Below, piece after piece: positions 36,743 through 49,900 of a DNA stretch of 64,000 bases. The position numbers were made by a program, and so were the translations under genes. Every line of letters starts with the position of its first letter. The first letter of the stretch is position 1. A model generated the notes under the pieces. It was given only the letters and a program-made list of their open reading frames with translations. It had not been told where the DNA came from and did not search any database. This stretch comes from Asterias rubens (taxonomy: Eukaryota): NCBI RefSeq assembly GCF_902459465.1, contig NC_047083.1, positions 124,001 to 188,000 on the forward strand, read 5' to 3'.

Positions 36743-38380
36743 ACCCCAAACAAATTATGAGTCCATTAATGACCACGTAAAAGAACAATACTGGTGGTCC
36801 TAGAAAAACATCAATTTAAAAACTCAAAACCATCACCCCACCCCCCTAACAAAAGTTATTAAATTTTTACAGAAGTTGAACACTTTATAATTGGCCCAAT
36901 ATATGGGTAGTTGAACACATTTTATCGCTTGAATTTCTAGTTCGTAATTATTTATCATCAGACATTTCAAGTTACTCTTCATAACGTTTTTGAAACAGAA
37001 TGTTTCATTGTTATCAGCGTTTGACACAGTTTAAGCCACAATTTGAGTATTTTACATGCCATTTCTTATTTATATTAGAGTAAAAATCATTAATTTTGAT
37101 TTCACGTCATTGATTCTGTCTCTTAATTTGAGTTTATCTATAAATTATGATACAAAAGACAAAACATTTTTAAATGTACATTCGGAGTCTACCAAGAAAA
37201 TAATTGTTCTAAATGCACTGCTTTATTTAGATCTTGCTTCTTAAGTACAATGGATTATAAAATTAAGCTTTGGTTTTAGTACAAAACAATACAAAACTAC
37301 AAAAATATTTATGAAAATATAAGAAATGTAATTAATGAAGCTTTAAAATCAGCAACATGCCTTAAACTTTTGAGACAACTATGTCCCAAGGAATTTCCCA
37401 AGGATTTTTGGAAATGGTCCAAATATGGCTTGTTCAAAGACTTTAATTTCAGGAATGCAGGTTTTAATAAGTTATATTTCTAGAAAGTTTAAACACAAGT
37501 AAAGTTGGATTTGTGAAATTATAGAGTTGATTTATCAAATAAAAAGTCAAGAGTTACTAAAGATCAAGTCTCGTCCACATCTTTTTAGCCAAATGCAGGG
37601 GAATAGAATATACATATGAAATATATTTTTCCATTATAAAAAAATGGAATGTTTTCACAAACTTTCATCTTTCAATAACATAGATAGCTTGTTGGTAGAG
37701 CACCGTGAATTCAAATCTAGTCTAGTAAATTTGTCTTTGTTCAACCCCAAATCTTTCAATAATTTCAAGAAAACTGCAAGATTTATGTTTTTTGCAAAAC
37801 TACCTAGCTCTCTAAAAAATAAAAACAACTTTGGTCCATTCTCAGCCGTTAAATCTATAAAGATTATAAGAAAAATATAGAGTTACATCAGGAACTAGAA
37901 AAATATTAGTTATCTCATAAGTGAGCATGCATTCCAGCAGATTTGCTCTGCTCACATCATACCAAATTAATTTCCAAGCAAATTTGATGCGTAGATTCCA
38001 AAATGCAAACCCACATCACATCAGCCATGTAAAATAGGTTAATATCTCACTCTGTTGCTATGGACCCACCAATCAGAATCAAGGATTCAAGTTTGCTGGC
38101 AGATAATATTGACTTTAGTACTTGATACTTCAAGTATGAGAAAAAGTATTTAAAAATCTAAAGTACATGATGCAGAGTAAATATCTAATAGTTCAAAGTC
38201 AAAGATCTCCGATTAAATATTTTGCATAAATCCAACAAATGACCAAAGACTCCTGGTAAAATAAGTTCAACTGATCAGCACAAATGCAAAACCTAGTGTT
38301 TAGTACCAGTAACTTAGTAAGATGATCTATTACAGTCACAGACTTCCTAACCAGACGCCTGTTCATTCTAAACCAATCAA

Positions 38381-41300
38381 TTATGGCCGAGCAGAAACAC
38401 CTTGTTGCAAGCTCTCTCGTTCCACTTTACGCTGATGTTGCTTGCAGTAAACCTTGCCATTAAACAAGGCATAGTTGGACAAACTGATGGAGAAAAATAA
38501 AGTAAAAAATGTTAAATCATACACCTCAGATTTAGTACCCTTAAAAGATTTTAAACGATTTAACCCAAGACTATTATATAACTCTTAAACAGGATGTTGA
38601 CATTGGTGTGGCAGAATAAGTTACTTAAACAATCAGAGATTTTTTGTTCCCCAACCATTTTTGAACAAATTATAATATAAAAAAAGCTCTAAATTCTCCC
38701 CTATTCTAGGCCATCAAAAAGTTGACTCAACAACTGTACCTTGTAACCTTCTTGCAGTGTTCACATTTGAAGCATTGCTTGTGGTATAACTTCTTAGCTA
38801 CTTCAAGACGTTCCAGAGTGTACACATTCTTGTTACAGATGATGCACTTATCATAAGCCGGTGCTTTCCAGGATGACTTTCCAGAAGACTGAGAAGAATC
38901 AAATTAAGACATAAGAAACTTGATTAATCTCCAAAAAGAAGAAATACATTGCTCACACAAGTTTAAAAAGCACCACAACTATCAAAAATTACAAAAGGCA
39001 GAAAAAATTAATAAAAACCATACACACCCAGACAGACCAGGTATATATAATTTTTAACTTTGATCAACATTTTTAAAATACACAATTATTAATGTTGTGG
39101 TTGTGACACAAAACCACAGCCCAAGAGATGCTGGCGGCAGAAGACATAACGATATTTTTTTTGAGACTCAGAGCGTGAGCCGGATGCTCAGTATTGCACG
39201 CATTGGTCTTAGCACACGCACAACTGGCGAGAACTGTGAAAACGGACCGCCCAAACGTCTCCAACTCTTCTGTAATAATTTAACGACCCTCACTCACCCT
39301 TTTGATGTCAGTCTGGTCCTCTCCATGTCCAATCTTTGTCTGGAACATATTTAGACGACCTTGAACTCCTCCGCTTGCTGCTATACCCTCATTACGCTCT
39401 TGTAAGAAAGACTTCTTCGCAGGCTAGAAACAAAAAACATTGAAAAACCATGTTAATCTTGAGAAAATCATAACACCAAATTTTAATTTTTACAAAAGAC
39501 TCCCTCACTGGCCGCCACTGTCGAGGTCAATCAATGGAAACGTACCATGTGTGTACAACTCTCAGCTAATGACAGGTGTTCCTTTGACCTTTGTGAGACA
39601 CTATTTGGGTTTGTGACATTACAATAATAAGAAGAAAAAGAAGAAGAAGAATACTTATAATGTCTAATAAATGTCAAACCTTGAGGCTCATGGCACGGAA
39701 AGAAACACAGACTTTAAAATAATAATAAAGCAATAATCCAAACAGCATAACAACTTTCAATACCAAAACAATATATAAAACTAAGCCAAACTACTCTTCT
39801 GGAAGAGATGGGTTTGGAGAGAAAGTTTATATGCAAGGAAGGAGTCTAATCCCAAAAATACCTTTTTGTCTTCAACAAAGAATCCTTTCTCCTTGATCTT
39901 GCTCACATGTCTACAAAGAAAACGAAAGCAAACATGAATTATTGGCACGATTATTTCAAATAATGTGACTACCAAATAACCAAGATCTACAAGTTAACTG
40001 TAAAATCGTAAAAATCTCAACATTACACTGTTTCTACTCACCCAGTATCTATGGTGATCACAATAGGCTTCTTGGGAGTACTGCAAAAAGATTAACAACA
40101 AACGTTTCAGGGTCTTAATTTTGGTGTAGTATAACCAGCTTTAATATTGTTTTCTTTACTGTGAGATCGCCTAACATCAAATGGCCAGATGGCCCTTTCA
40201 AGGTGAGAGCTTCATGTTACTGATTTGGGCTATATACCCAAATCAAACTTATGAGGCACACTTTATATACGTTTTATACACTTAATTTACAAATAAAATT
40301 GTTTCAACTGTTATTTTATTCATCTTCTAGTTTTCTCAGTCATTAACTATACTTACGCCACTTTACTCAAGTCGGCTATGCGTTGCTGCAACTCGACCAA
40401 CTAAAAACAAATTAAGAAAATTATCCTCATTAATATAAGACAGTTTGAGCCTAATTCCTCATAAATATTATCCAAGAGAAGTTGGAATTAGTGTCAAGCA
40501 TTCATCATCTCAGTCCCTTGAAAATTTTAGTTCAAATCAACAACATTTATTTCTATTTTACATTATATCTCATGTGCCGATATCATACAAAATAATGGTA
40601 TATAATAGTAGGAATAAGGCAGAGTTAGTGAAATGGAGACAAGCTTCGGTAATATACTCACATCATAATCTTGACGTTTTCTACGTTTCATCAAGTCAAA
40701 CTTTACTTCATATACTTCAACCAGCTTGGCCTAGAGAGAGGATAAATGCCAATACAGTATTAAATCAGTTCTTCATTATCATTCGCAACTTAAACTTCAA
40801 AAATGGATTTACTTCAAGGGAAGGAAATGGAAACAAGTTTATTATTTATAGTTAATTCCTATCATATTAACCACACCAGGCAAAGCTTTAAACACTACTT
40901 AATATACAGAGTGTTCCACGGTTGCCTTTACCTGAAGATTTAAGGCAAGTTCCTTGAGGCGTTCCATACTGGTATGAGAAGAGACGCTGAGGGGAGGGAC
41001 ACGTTCATCAAGAATCGTCTCCTTATGATAAGCAAGCTCCTCAGGTGTCATGTCTCGTTCCTTCTCAGCTTGGAAAATACTGTCCTGAAATATTCAACAA
41101 TTAAACATAGATTAAGAAATCCACCTCAGCTCAAACAAACCCTAAACTGTAAATAATTAGTTGAGGCCTGACGACAATTCAACTCTAACAGAGTCATGTT
41201 GTTGTTAAGCTTTCGAGAGAGACTCTGCTAGGGTCAAAACATCAGGCCATTAACTATTGTTGCATTTATACCATCTGGCTTTTTGTTGTATGTTGTTTGC

Positions 41301-43915
41301 AACAGCTAATTCTATTTTCTGTAAATAAATAATCATTTTAAAAGTAAATTTAGCTGAATGTTTGGAATTGAACAAAGTGTTTGTCCTTACCGAGATGCTG
41401 TACATGGGTTGAACATACTCCAAGGAATTCTGGATATTTCGACGTTTCTCCTCGGCTTCTTGACGACGTTTTTGAATCTCTTCACGAAGCTTCTTAGCAT
41501 CCTCCTTTAGTCAGAAATATAAAGTAAATCTTGATCAAGTCCAGATTCAAAGGAAAGAGTTCACCATGAGAATTAACAATAATATTAACTCAAGAAACAA
41601 ATAAGCACATCAACAGATAATTTAGACAGAGAAAGTTTTCTTATCTCACCGCTTCGCGAGCAAGTCTTTCTTCCTCCTCCTGTTTCTGACGCTGCTCGTC
41701 TTCTTCGTGTTTACGTCGACGACGCTCCTGAAAGAAAAACACACAGAAATCTTGTCTTAACTCTCAGACTTTACTCTTGTAACATTACAATTACAGGTAA
41801 CATCAGGGAGAACATTGATCAAGAAAATATAGTAGCAATCAGTATAAAAACAATAATTTTGAAACACATGATTGTTTTTATAAACTAAGAGTAAAAGATG
41901 AAAATCAAATGTTTATAAAAATAGCAACGCACCCTCCTTTCCTCAAGCTCTTGCCGTTCCAGTTCACCCTGCTGTCTACTCAAGCGAATTTCCTCCCTCT
42001 GTTCTCTGTAACGCTCTTCTTGTTCATGCTCACGTTTCAGACGAAGCTCCTGAAACATCGACAGTAAATCTCATCGATTTAAACTTAAATTTGAACATCA
42101 ATTCAAATTTGGTGATAAGTTTGACCTCCTGAAAATGAGTGTTTCAGTTTAGTTTTTTAAATAGTTTTTTACACAAAATTTGAGATAGTAATCCACTTTT
42201 TTAAATTGTCATATTCACCTCAGCTTTTCTTTCTGCTTCATTGATATCAGATTTATCATCTGACCTCTCAAGGGTGATCCTGAAGGAAAAAAAACAGAAA
42301 ATCATCAACTTGAATTTAATTGAAAAACAAACTTATTTACTATTAAACTCTGAATAATATCTTTCATTCTCACTAATGACTATTATTTATGTAACCAAGA
42401 TATTCCAACGAAAAAAACATTTCTGAAAGTAAAAGTAAAACTTACTCTGTCGTCCTTTTCTGGAATAAGAGAAGAAAGAAACAGAAACAAATTGTTAATT
42501 TCAAAACCTTTCAAAATGAAACAAAGAAGAGAGTAAATTTCTGTTTAAAACAAAATGTTTCATTCGTGTTGTTCAAAGCACATTTTCAGTTTCAAACACA
42601 CAGCTAATTTCGGCTATTGTAAAAGACCAGTGTTCACGCACTCATTGGGACCTTACATACAAAAACAACTTCTTTTTTTATTTGCAAATTTGATAAGTCA
42701 TCAGATTCAAAAGTAAATTGTGGAAAACCCCTGCTCACCACTGCTTTTGAAGGCTAATTCTTTCAATCTTTTCTCAAAATCTGACACATTTCGGGGCAAA
42801 GATTTTTCAACTAATTTTCACTATGATTATCTGAAAATTGCCTAATAACTGTGCACAAGATCAAAACTTATCAATGTTATGCATACCCTATAAAATTTAT
42901 TTCAAAGACATTTAAAGCAGCCTGCTTTCAAAGAAACAAGAGTTTATTTCTATTTTAAGGATGGGATGGGATAATTGATTGAACTGATAACAAATGATTT
43001 CAAATGTACAACTATTACTATCTAAGACTCCTCTAACACCACAAAACACTGCAAGAAATGCAAAATGTATAGATCTATAAACAACAACATTAAAAGCATC
43101 GGTAACTTCAACCAAAACATTTTTTGAAAAAGTGAATGGGAAAGACATCACAGTACTTAACCAGCTACACACGAAATATATTATGCATAAAAGAAAATGT
43201 GTGGAGTTTGTTAATAATGTTTGAGATGCACAAAAACGCGTCACTTTGAAAGAAATGTTTACAAGAAAACAATGTATTCCCAATGAAAATGTCTTGAAAT
43301 GCCACAATATTCAACTAAACACTCACTGTATGTGTTAGTATTAGTAATAAAAATGTTCGTGCAAAGTCTGAACTTTGACCTACAAGTTGACCCGAGTTTA
43401 CACTTCCAACTGAATTTTCTTCCTCCTCACTTGATTGGTCGCTATTCTGCTGACAAAGTAATGAACATTCATGATTTATAACTGGTTACATGTACATTAT
43501 GAGGGATATCAGAAACCTAACATTTTAAACTTCCAGTACATAAGCAGGCTTAAAAAAAGTGTTAACACTTCTTTGCCAACAATTTAACAACTAAGAAAAA
43601 AACAAATTCTCCAAACTTACCAACTTCACTTCCATTTCGGATCCATTTTGACGGGAACTATGATAAGAAGTTTTTATCACAGTCACATTCTCCTTTGAGG
43701 CAGCTCTTGAAAATTAAAAAAGGATTTTTTTTCTTCTTTTAAAAAAACACATTTGGATTTGTAACTTAACATTGAATTAATAACAAATCTGAAAAAGAAT
43801 TAATCATCACCATGGTAACCAATACTTACAATTCTCTATCGTCTTGTTCTTTTTCTTCCTGTCTCCGACGACGACGCTCCTCACGACGACGAGCACGTTC
43901 ATCATCAGCCATCAT
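38381..43915 (-). CDS. Troponin T-like protein with a C-terminal LIM domain, about 428 aa
   Basis: Exons 43830-43915, 43621-43705, 42446-42459, 42219-42279, 41933-42049, 41650-41727, 41391-41504, 40932-41084, 40662-40730, 40357-40400, 40042-40080, 39862-39910, 39298-39423, 38740-38888 and 38381-38483 (1287 nt). An E/R-rich helix leads into the TnT T2 core MTPEELAYHKETILDERVPPLSV...LKELALNLQAKLVEVYEVKFDLMKRRKRQDYDLVELQQRI. The LIM domain is CIICNKNVYTLERLEVAKKLYHKQCFKCEHCKKVTSLSNYALFNGKVYCKQH. Confidence 0.85.
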
Positions 43916-45333
43916 AATGTTTATTAACTAACGACCTGTTCAAATTATTAGAGGTAGAGTCATTCTTTGGATTTTGTCAAGACTAATTTGTAAACAACAT
44001 TATCATAAAGAATTTAATAACAGTCACCTGTGTGAGTTTCAGTTCAACACATCAACTCTTGTCTAGGCCTACTTGTTGAGAAAACAGCCAAAAATTGTAT
44101 ACAGAAAATTCCATGAAGCATGAAAACCAATATAAAGAATATATACAGTCAGACATCAATTATTGGGAGGGGGAGCAAGATACCTCCCTTAGTTACATAA
44201 ATAAGGACAGTTAAGATCCTCGCAATTAACACCCTTTGCTTTGCTATTAATATTAAACATACAGATGAAATGACAGGCAACAGCTTATGTCAACAATCCT
44301 TTCAACATCAATATGATAATCTGAAACACAGATATAATAATTAATAGTACATTAAATTATTAATAGGCCGATTTTAAATGTTATACTTTACATTTATGAT
44401 AAAACGGAGTTCCAAATGCGCATAATATTTCTGTCGTTAACTTTCAAAATCAAATAAAAATTTTAACAATCCCATATTATACAAAGTTTAAAAACTATTA
44501 ATTAATTATTAAAACGTATTTAATTTTAAACACTGTAGTGTAAAAATACTGAATAATTATCGATATATTGTTAAAAGAAACAGCCGTACCAACAATATGG
44601 AGCGGAAGCTTCACTTCTCAATCAATTTTAAATGCCTTTTGGGGGACAATTGAACCATTTCCGCACCACCCCAGACCTAGCCAGCTCGAATCTAATATAA
44701 TAAGTCCGAGCTTTCAGCCTTGTTTACAGTCCAACTTGCCCGCCGTGACGCGACGCCCACACACCGCGCACACCACCTGCCAGAAAGGGGTGCACTACGT
44801 CAAAAATACTCGTCAAAGGAAAGTGTTGGCATCAAAAGTTTCAGATTAACAATACCACAAATCATCCTAAATTTACAATACATCAACCAACTCACAACAT
44901 ATACCATTAAAACATGATGCATATTTACCTTAAAAGCTGTTTTCTGGGTTCAAATAAACTCGGAACTTTGCGAATCCACAAGTAGTCGCGAACTGTTTTC
45001 ACACAAATCTGGGTACTTCACACAATCACTGGTTCCATATCGATCGTGGAGTAATTCCCTTTGATTGGCGGACACCAGCTAGGATTCGTTTTATTGACAT
45101 TTCGTGTGTTGACCTCAAACAAACAAATACTTAGTGAACTTTACATTCCAGCTTTGTAAGGGACCGTATCAAAAGTTGCGTTCGTCTGTTTACTTATTGT
45201 GCTTATTGTAGGTCCAAAATTGTCACAAAAAGTAGTCACATTATTCAGTATCTCTGAAAAGAAAACTTGCTCGTTAGAATACACCAAATGAAATAATGAT
45301 GTACATAGCTATATATATGGTACAACCATACCG

Positions 45334-45737
45334 GGTGTCGTATGCAATTATGTCCTCTATGCAATAATGTCTGCCGGACGGTTTTGCATATGCAATCGTG
45401 TCCGCCCGGACGCTGCTGCATAATGCAATTGTGTCCGCCCGGACACAGTTGCATATGCAGTTGTGTCCGCCCCGTGCAAAACCGACCTTGCAGTAGTAAA
45501 CGTCCTTGGTCGACGGAACACCTTCGCAATTTTTTTAATGGACATTCGCTGCAATCATAAAATACTTGAATATTCATGCTGCATATTAATACGTAGGTCA
45601 AGTGCATGCACGCCCGTTTACGCGCGTACAGTCATGTCCACACAGGACGGTTTTTGCATAGCCCCGGACACGATTGCATATGCAAAAGTGTCCGGAGCGG
45701 ACAGTATTGCATGGCGGACACAGTTGCATCTGGCACC
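45334..45737. mobile_element. MITE with subterminal TGTCCGCC/ATGCA repeats, between the two TnT-like genes
   Basis: The 22-bp TIR matches 17/22 (GGTGTCGTATGCAATTATGTCC vs GGACACAGTTGCATCTGGCACC). Several internal TGTCCGCCCGGAC..TGCATATGCA units are inverted between the two halves. Confidence 0.8.
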
Positions 45738-46597
45738 ACAAAAGGCACTTCACTTGCCTTTTTTAACCAGTAGAGGGCAGCATATAATAATATAACCAGT
45801 ATCAGCCCGTTTGGCCAATTATGACGTAGTTGTAAGGAATGACAAGTATGTCTAAGATGATGATAACAAGGTCCCTCCGTGAAGATCAAGAAAGAAGAGG
45901 AAAGTGAAGATCGTTTCATCTCGTCTTGCTGCTGGTCTGCCAAGGATACGGGTTGAAGTTCAAGAAGAGTTATTCCGCTCCAGAAGAAAGGTAAAAACTA
46001 AAACTTTTCCAATTTAATTAAGACAAGTTCAGGCATTTAATGTTAATTATTGAGGAGAGTTAATGATGACTATGGTAACACCGTATAGGAGGGCCTCCAT
46101 AATAATACCATGGTTTTACTATGGGCAAAAATTATGAGAGACAAATCAAAAAACTTGTTCAACAAGACGAGCCAATATTTTCATAATGGAGAAAATTATT
46201 AATTTGAGCCTTTATTTTATTGTATAGAGAAAACATTGAAAACGTCTTCATACAATAAAACCTCCTCATCAATTTTACTTTTAGATTGCTGTTTCAAAAA
46301 ACAATATTAAAATTTTAAATCTTAAAAACAGTCACGCATTTATTTTTGTACAATTAATTTTTTAGTAATTCATTATGTATACAGGCATGAAGATTTACAA
46401 AGTAACATAGCCTATTTTGTTCTTAATAGAAAACATAAAAATAGACTTATTCTCTTTAATTTATATTATTTCGTCCTGGCAACAACTGACGCCAAAAGCT
46501 CCACAAGGCCATGCCATTGCCCCTCTGGTAACTCAACAGCGAATACTATTCATCTCTGTAATTTCAACAGCACATGTAACCGTACACATTTTGAAGC

Positions 46598-46607
46598 CCA
46601 AATAAGG
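46598..46607. promoter_or_regulatory. CArG box (SRF site) about 345 bp upstream of the + strand TnT start codon
   Basis: CCAAATAAGG is an exact match to CC(A/T)6GG. Function is inferred only from its position next to a muscle gene. Confidence 0.45.
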
Positions 46608-46950
46608 GGCTTAGTTATGCCATAGAGCAAGGACCCGCTCTTGCTGCTATAATGGTTAAGCCAACCTTAAAGGGGTTCAACTGTGTTTATATACTCGTGT
46701 TGAACGTTGTCAAAGTCGCCAACACTTTCTTTAAAAAATTTGACATTAATTTATGATGGGTTTATATTATGTGCTTTTATTAAGACTATGTACACAAAGT
46801 TGGGCTGGATTTTACAATAAATTTTGATTAGAACCTCCCCAAAATACATCGTCGATCAGTGTAGGAAACCTCTGAATTGGGTCTTTTCTTAAAATTGTAC
46901 TATTATTTTGTAACCACAGTTTTACGGGAAGATAATAAAACAACCTCAAG

Positions 46951-49900
46951 ATGGCAGCACCAGAAAGGTAAAAATAATAAAATAATTTGTATGAATATTT
47001 AAACAAAATTAATTATATTATTATGGTATTCAGGATTGGTACATGGATTTAACATAAAAATAATAGACAACATGTGATAATATATTTATGGGCTTCAACC
47101 GTCGACGTGTTATTCTAACGTCTAATAATAATTCTGAACTATTTCTTTTGATCCTATTAGTGAAGAGTCTGAAACCATGGCAGTAATTAAGGTAAGAACA
47201 AAAAGGACCTTGAATCTTTAATAACATTCACAATAAATATCATCGGAATCAAACGCTTTGCAAAATTTATTTACATCTAAATCATGCTAGGCCTACATCA
47301 CGATACTTTATCTAAGACGAACAGTTCCAAGAAGCGCTGGATATCACCTCTGAGAAATAAAGCTTTTGGACAAGAAGTTTTCTGAAAACTTCAAGAAATG
47401 AAGTGTGCTTGTTCACAATAAGGAATAGTTGTGATAACGTTATAACCCTCCTCTATGGTATCGCAACTAAATAAGGAACACTTTTTCGTGATAACAAAGA
47501 ATAGGACTATATTTTGTTTATACCGATGTGTATAAGCTCTGTATAACTGTTCATTGCTATTACATAATGTCTCGTGTAGGGTTAAAACTAGTTTATATCA
47601 TTTGTCCCCGATGCAAAAATAGATCCGAGAATAACATGACAATATCAACATAATTGTGAACCTTTTGGTGTTACCGCAAACCTTTCTATATCGTATTTCC
47701 ACCATGCAAAGTTTCAAACCCTACTAAACATTTTGTTTGTTTCTTTTTAATGTTAGGAAAGAGAAGAGAAAAGGAAAGAGGAGCTCAAGATGGAATTAAT
47801 TGAAGCTCGAGATGAGATTCGTAGAAAGAGTGAAGAAAAGGCGAAAGAACTTCAAGAACTTCGCGCTAAAAGGGTAAAGTTTAAATTACTCAAATCAAAG
47901 GAAGTGGATGACATAATGTAGTGGTGGATAGAACTGTCCACTGTTGATCAAGAAACCGCGCATGGTTGGCAAGAACCGCCGAATGTTATTTTAAACACTC
48001 GAAGTTTTAACAAAATTCAAGTATCTTCTGCAACATTTCAATTAAATAATACCCCCCCCCCCCCCATGATTGGCTGCTTTTGTTTCCAATAAAATTCAAC
48101 ACAACGTTTGAATATTATTGCGTAACATTGTTAGAAACAGTGCCTATTGCAGTTTATGGCTTTCCGTGTACAGATTTTGTCCAACCTCGCTTAGCAAAAC
48201 CTCGCCATGAATGCAATAGAAAGGACATCCATATGGACCGTAAAGGGGGTAACCCTGTTTCAGCCCCAGGAGAAGGTGGCAAAGACCCCTGGACAAAATT
48301 GTAGCCCACACCTAAGAGTGGCCTTCAGGCCTTCTGTCTGGCGACTTGCATACAAAAAACTCAGCGTAATGCCTATACAAATTATTTTAAATTGGTGCTT
48401 AATTTTCAAACTGTTATTTTTCTTGTCAGGATGCACGTCGTGCTCAGCAAGCTGAGGAACAAAAACTACGGGAACAATATGAAGCAGAGAGACGAGAAAA
48501 GGAGAAAGTAGAGAAACAAAAACGGAAGGAGATGTTAGAAATGAAGAAGAAGGAGAGAGAAGCTAGCCTCAAGGCAATGCACAATCCGGATGCTTATCAT
48601 GCCATCATTGTTGAGGCAAGTGCTATTTCATTGTTTCATCTGCATTTTTTAACGACACAAAAGGGGATCAGATTAAGATCACCAAATAGGATAGCCTCAT
48701 TGTCTAAATGTGTGCTCATACTATAAGAGTCAACGTGTCAATAAGTAACATTCAATATGATACAAATCTCACATTGGAACCCATTTTAATTTAAAACGAA
48801 GTTGACTTTGTTGTTGACTTTGTTGTAAACAAAAAGAGGGTATTTTTTAACTTTCTGTAGAAGGAAGAGCCGAAGAAAAAACCCAAGAAGTCCCAGGAAG
48901 AACTTGAGAAAGAGAAAGAGGCAGCGATGAGGGAACGGATCCAACCTCTATCAATCGGTAAATAAGAAACATGTTTTATTTTCACAACCAGTCAAAATTT
49001 GATTTAAGAAAATACAAGTTGTGTGAACAATCTTTAAAATGTAAAAAATCACCGTAAAACCCCCTCCCTATTACACCTTGTTCTTAAAAACCAAAATCTG
49101 AGATCTACAAGAAAGTAAAACTTCGGGGACAATTTGGTTTTACTCTTACACCGATGTGTGTAAGCATTGTATCCTTAGTATAGGCCGACCTTCCAATTTC
49201 TGTGAACTAAAACCACAGGCATTTACTCGGAGGAATTCGAACACACGACCTTCTTTATTGGCCGATTCTTAATCCCTGGGGCATTGTGCAAATTAAACAA
49301 TCATCTATTAAATTCGTCGACAATGATAACTGAATCTTAAACCATTTTTGAAAACCTTTATTCAGTTCAACCGACCTAAACCCGATTACTATAACCATTT
49401 ATGCTATTTAGGAGGAAGCACTGCTGAAGAGAAGATTCGTGAGATAGCACGCAACCTTCTTCAGAGACTGAGTAACATCTATGCTGATATCTTTGATATG
49501 AAATGTCGCAAGAAACGCCAGGTGTATGATGTAAGATATAAGTTTTAATAATTTAGCGTCAAAATCCGCCTTCAAAAAAAAAAACGCTCAAGGCGCTATA
49601 ACAGATTAAAATAAGAAAATCAAGGAAGGCAATAAACATATACCGAAGATATAAAACAATTACATCTAGTATTAATTATAAATGTTATGGACGTTTGGAT
49701 TTGGATTTCATTTACTAGAACAACATATATTGGTCAATTGACATCATCACCTCAATACATCTTGGTTGCTCCATTTTGGGCGTCAATTATTATATCCCCC
49801 GTGTAGGCCTATATGTTTTATATTCAGTGCTAATTTTAAGGTGACGCACTCGCGTTCACAGGCTCTTCATAATACTTGCAACATTTGACTCTCAAAATGG

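Noticed and set aside
37000-38380. AT-rich ORFs downstream of TnT-LIM
   Set aside because: They have low complexity and no splice-supported structure; this is probably 3' UTR or intergenic sequence.
39073-39271. Acceptor at about 39272 as a further TnT-LIM exon
   Set aside because: It would need an intron of about 26 nt after the 39297 donor, which is too short. The LIM exon at 38888 joins in phase instead.
44568-44849. ORF starting MLKETAVPTIW, similar to the THAP-domain AVPTIF motif
   Set aside because: I found no upstream C2CH zinc ligands or spliceable THAP exon, so a chance match is likely.
45245-45795. Overlapping Cys/Gln-rich ORFs on both strands
   Set aside because: They derive from the subterminal repeats of the 45334-45737 MITE.
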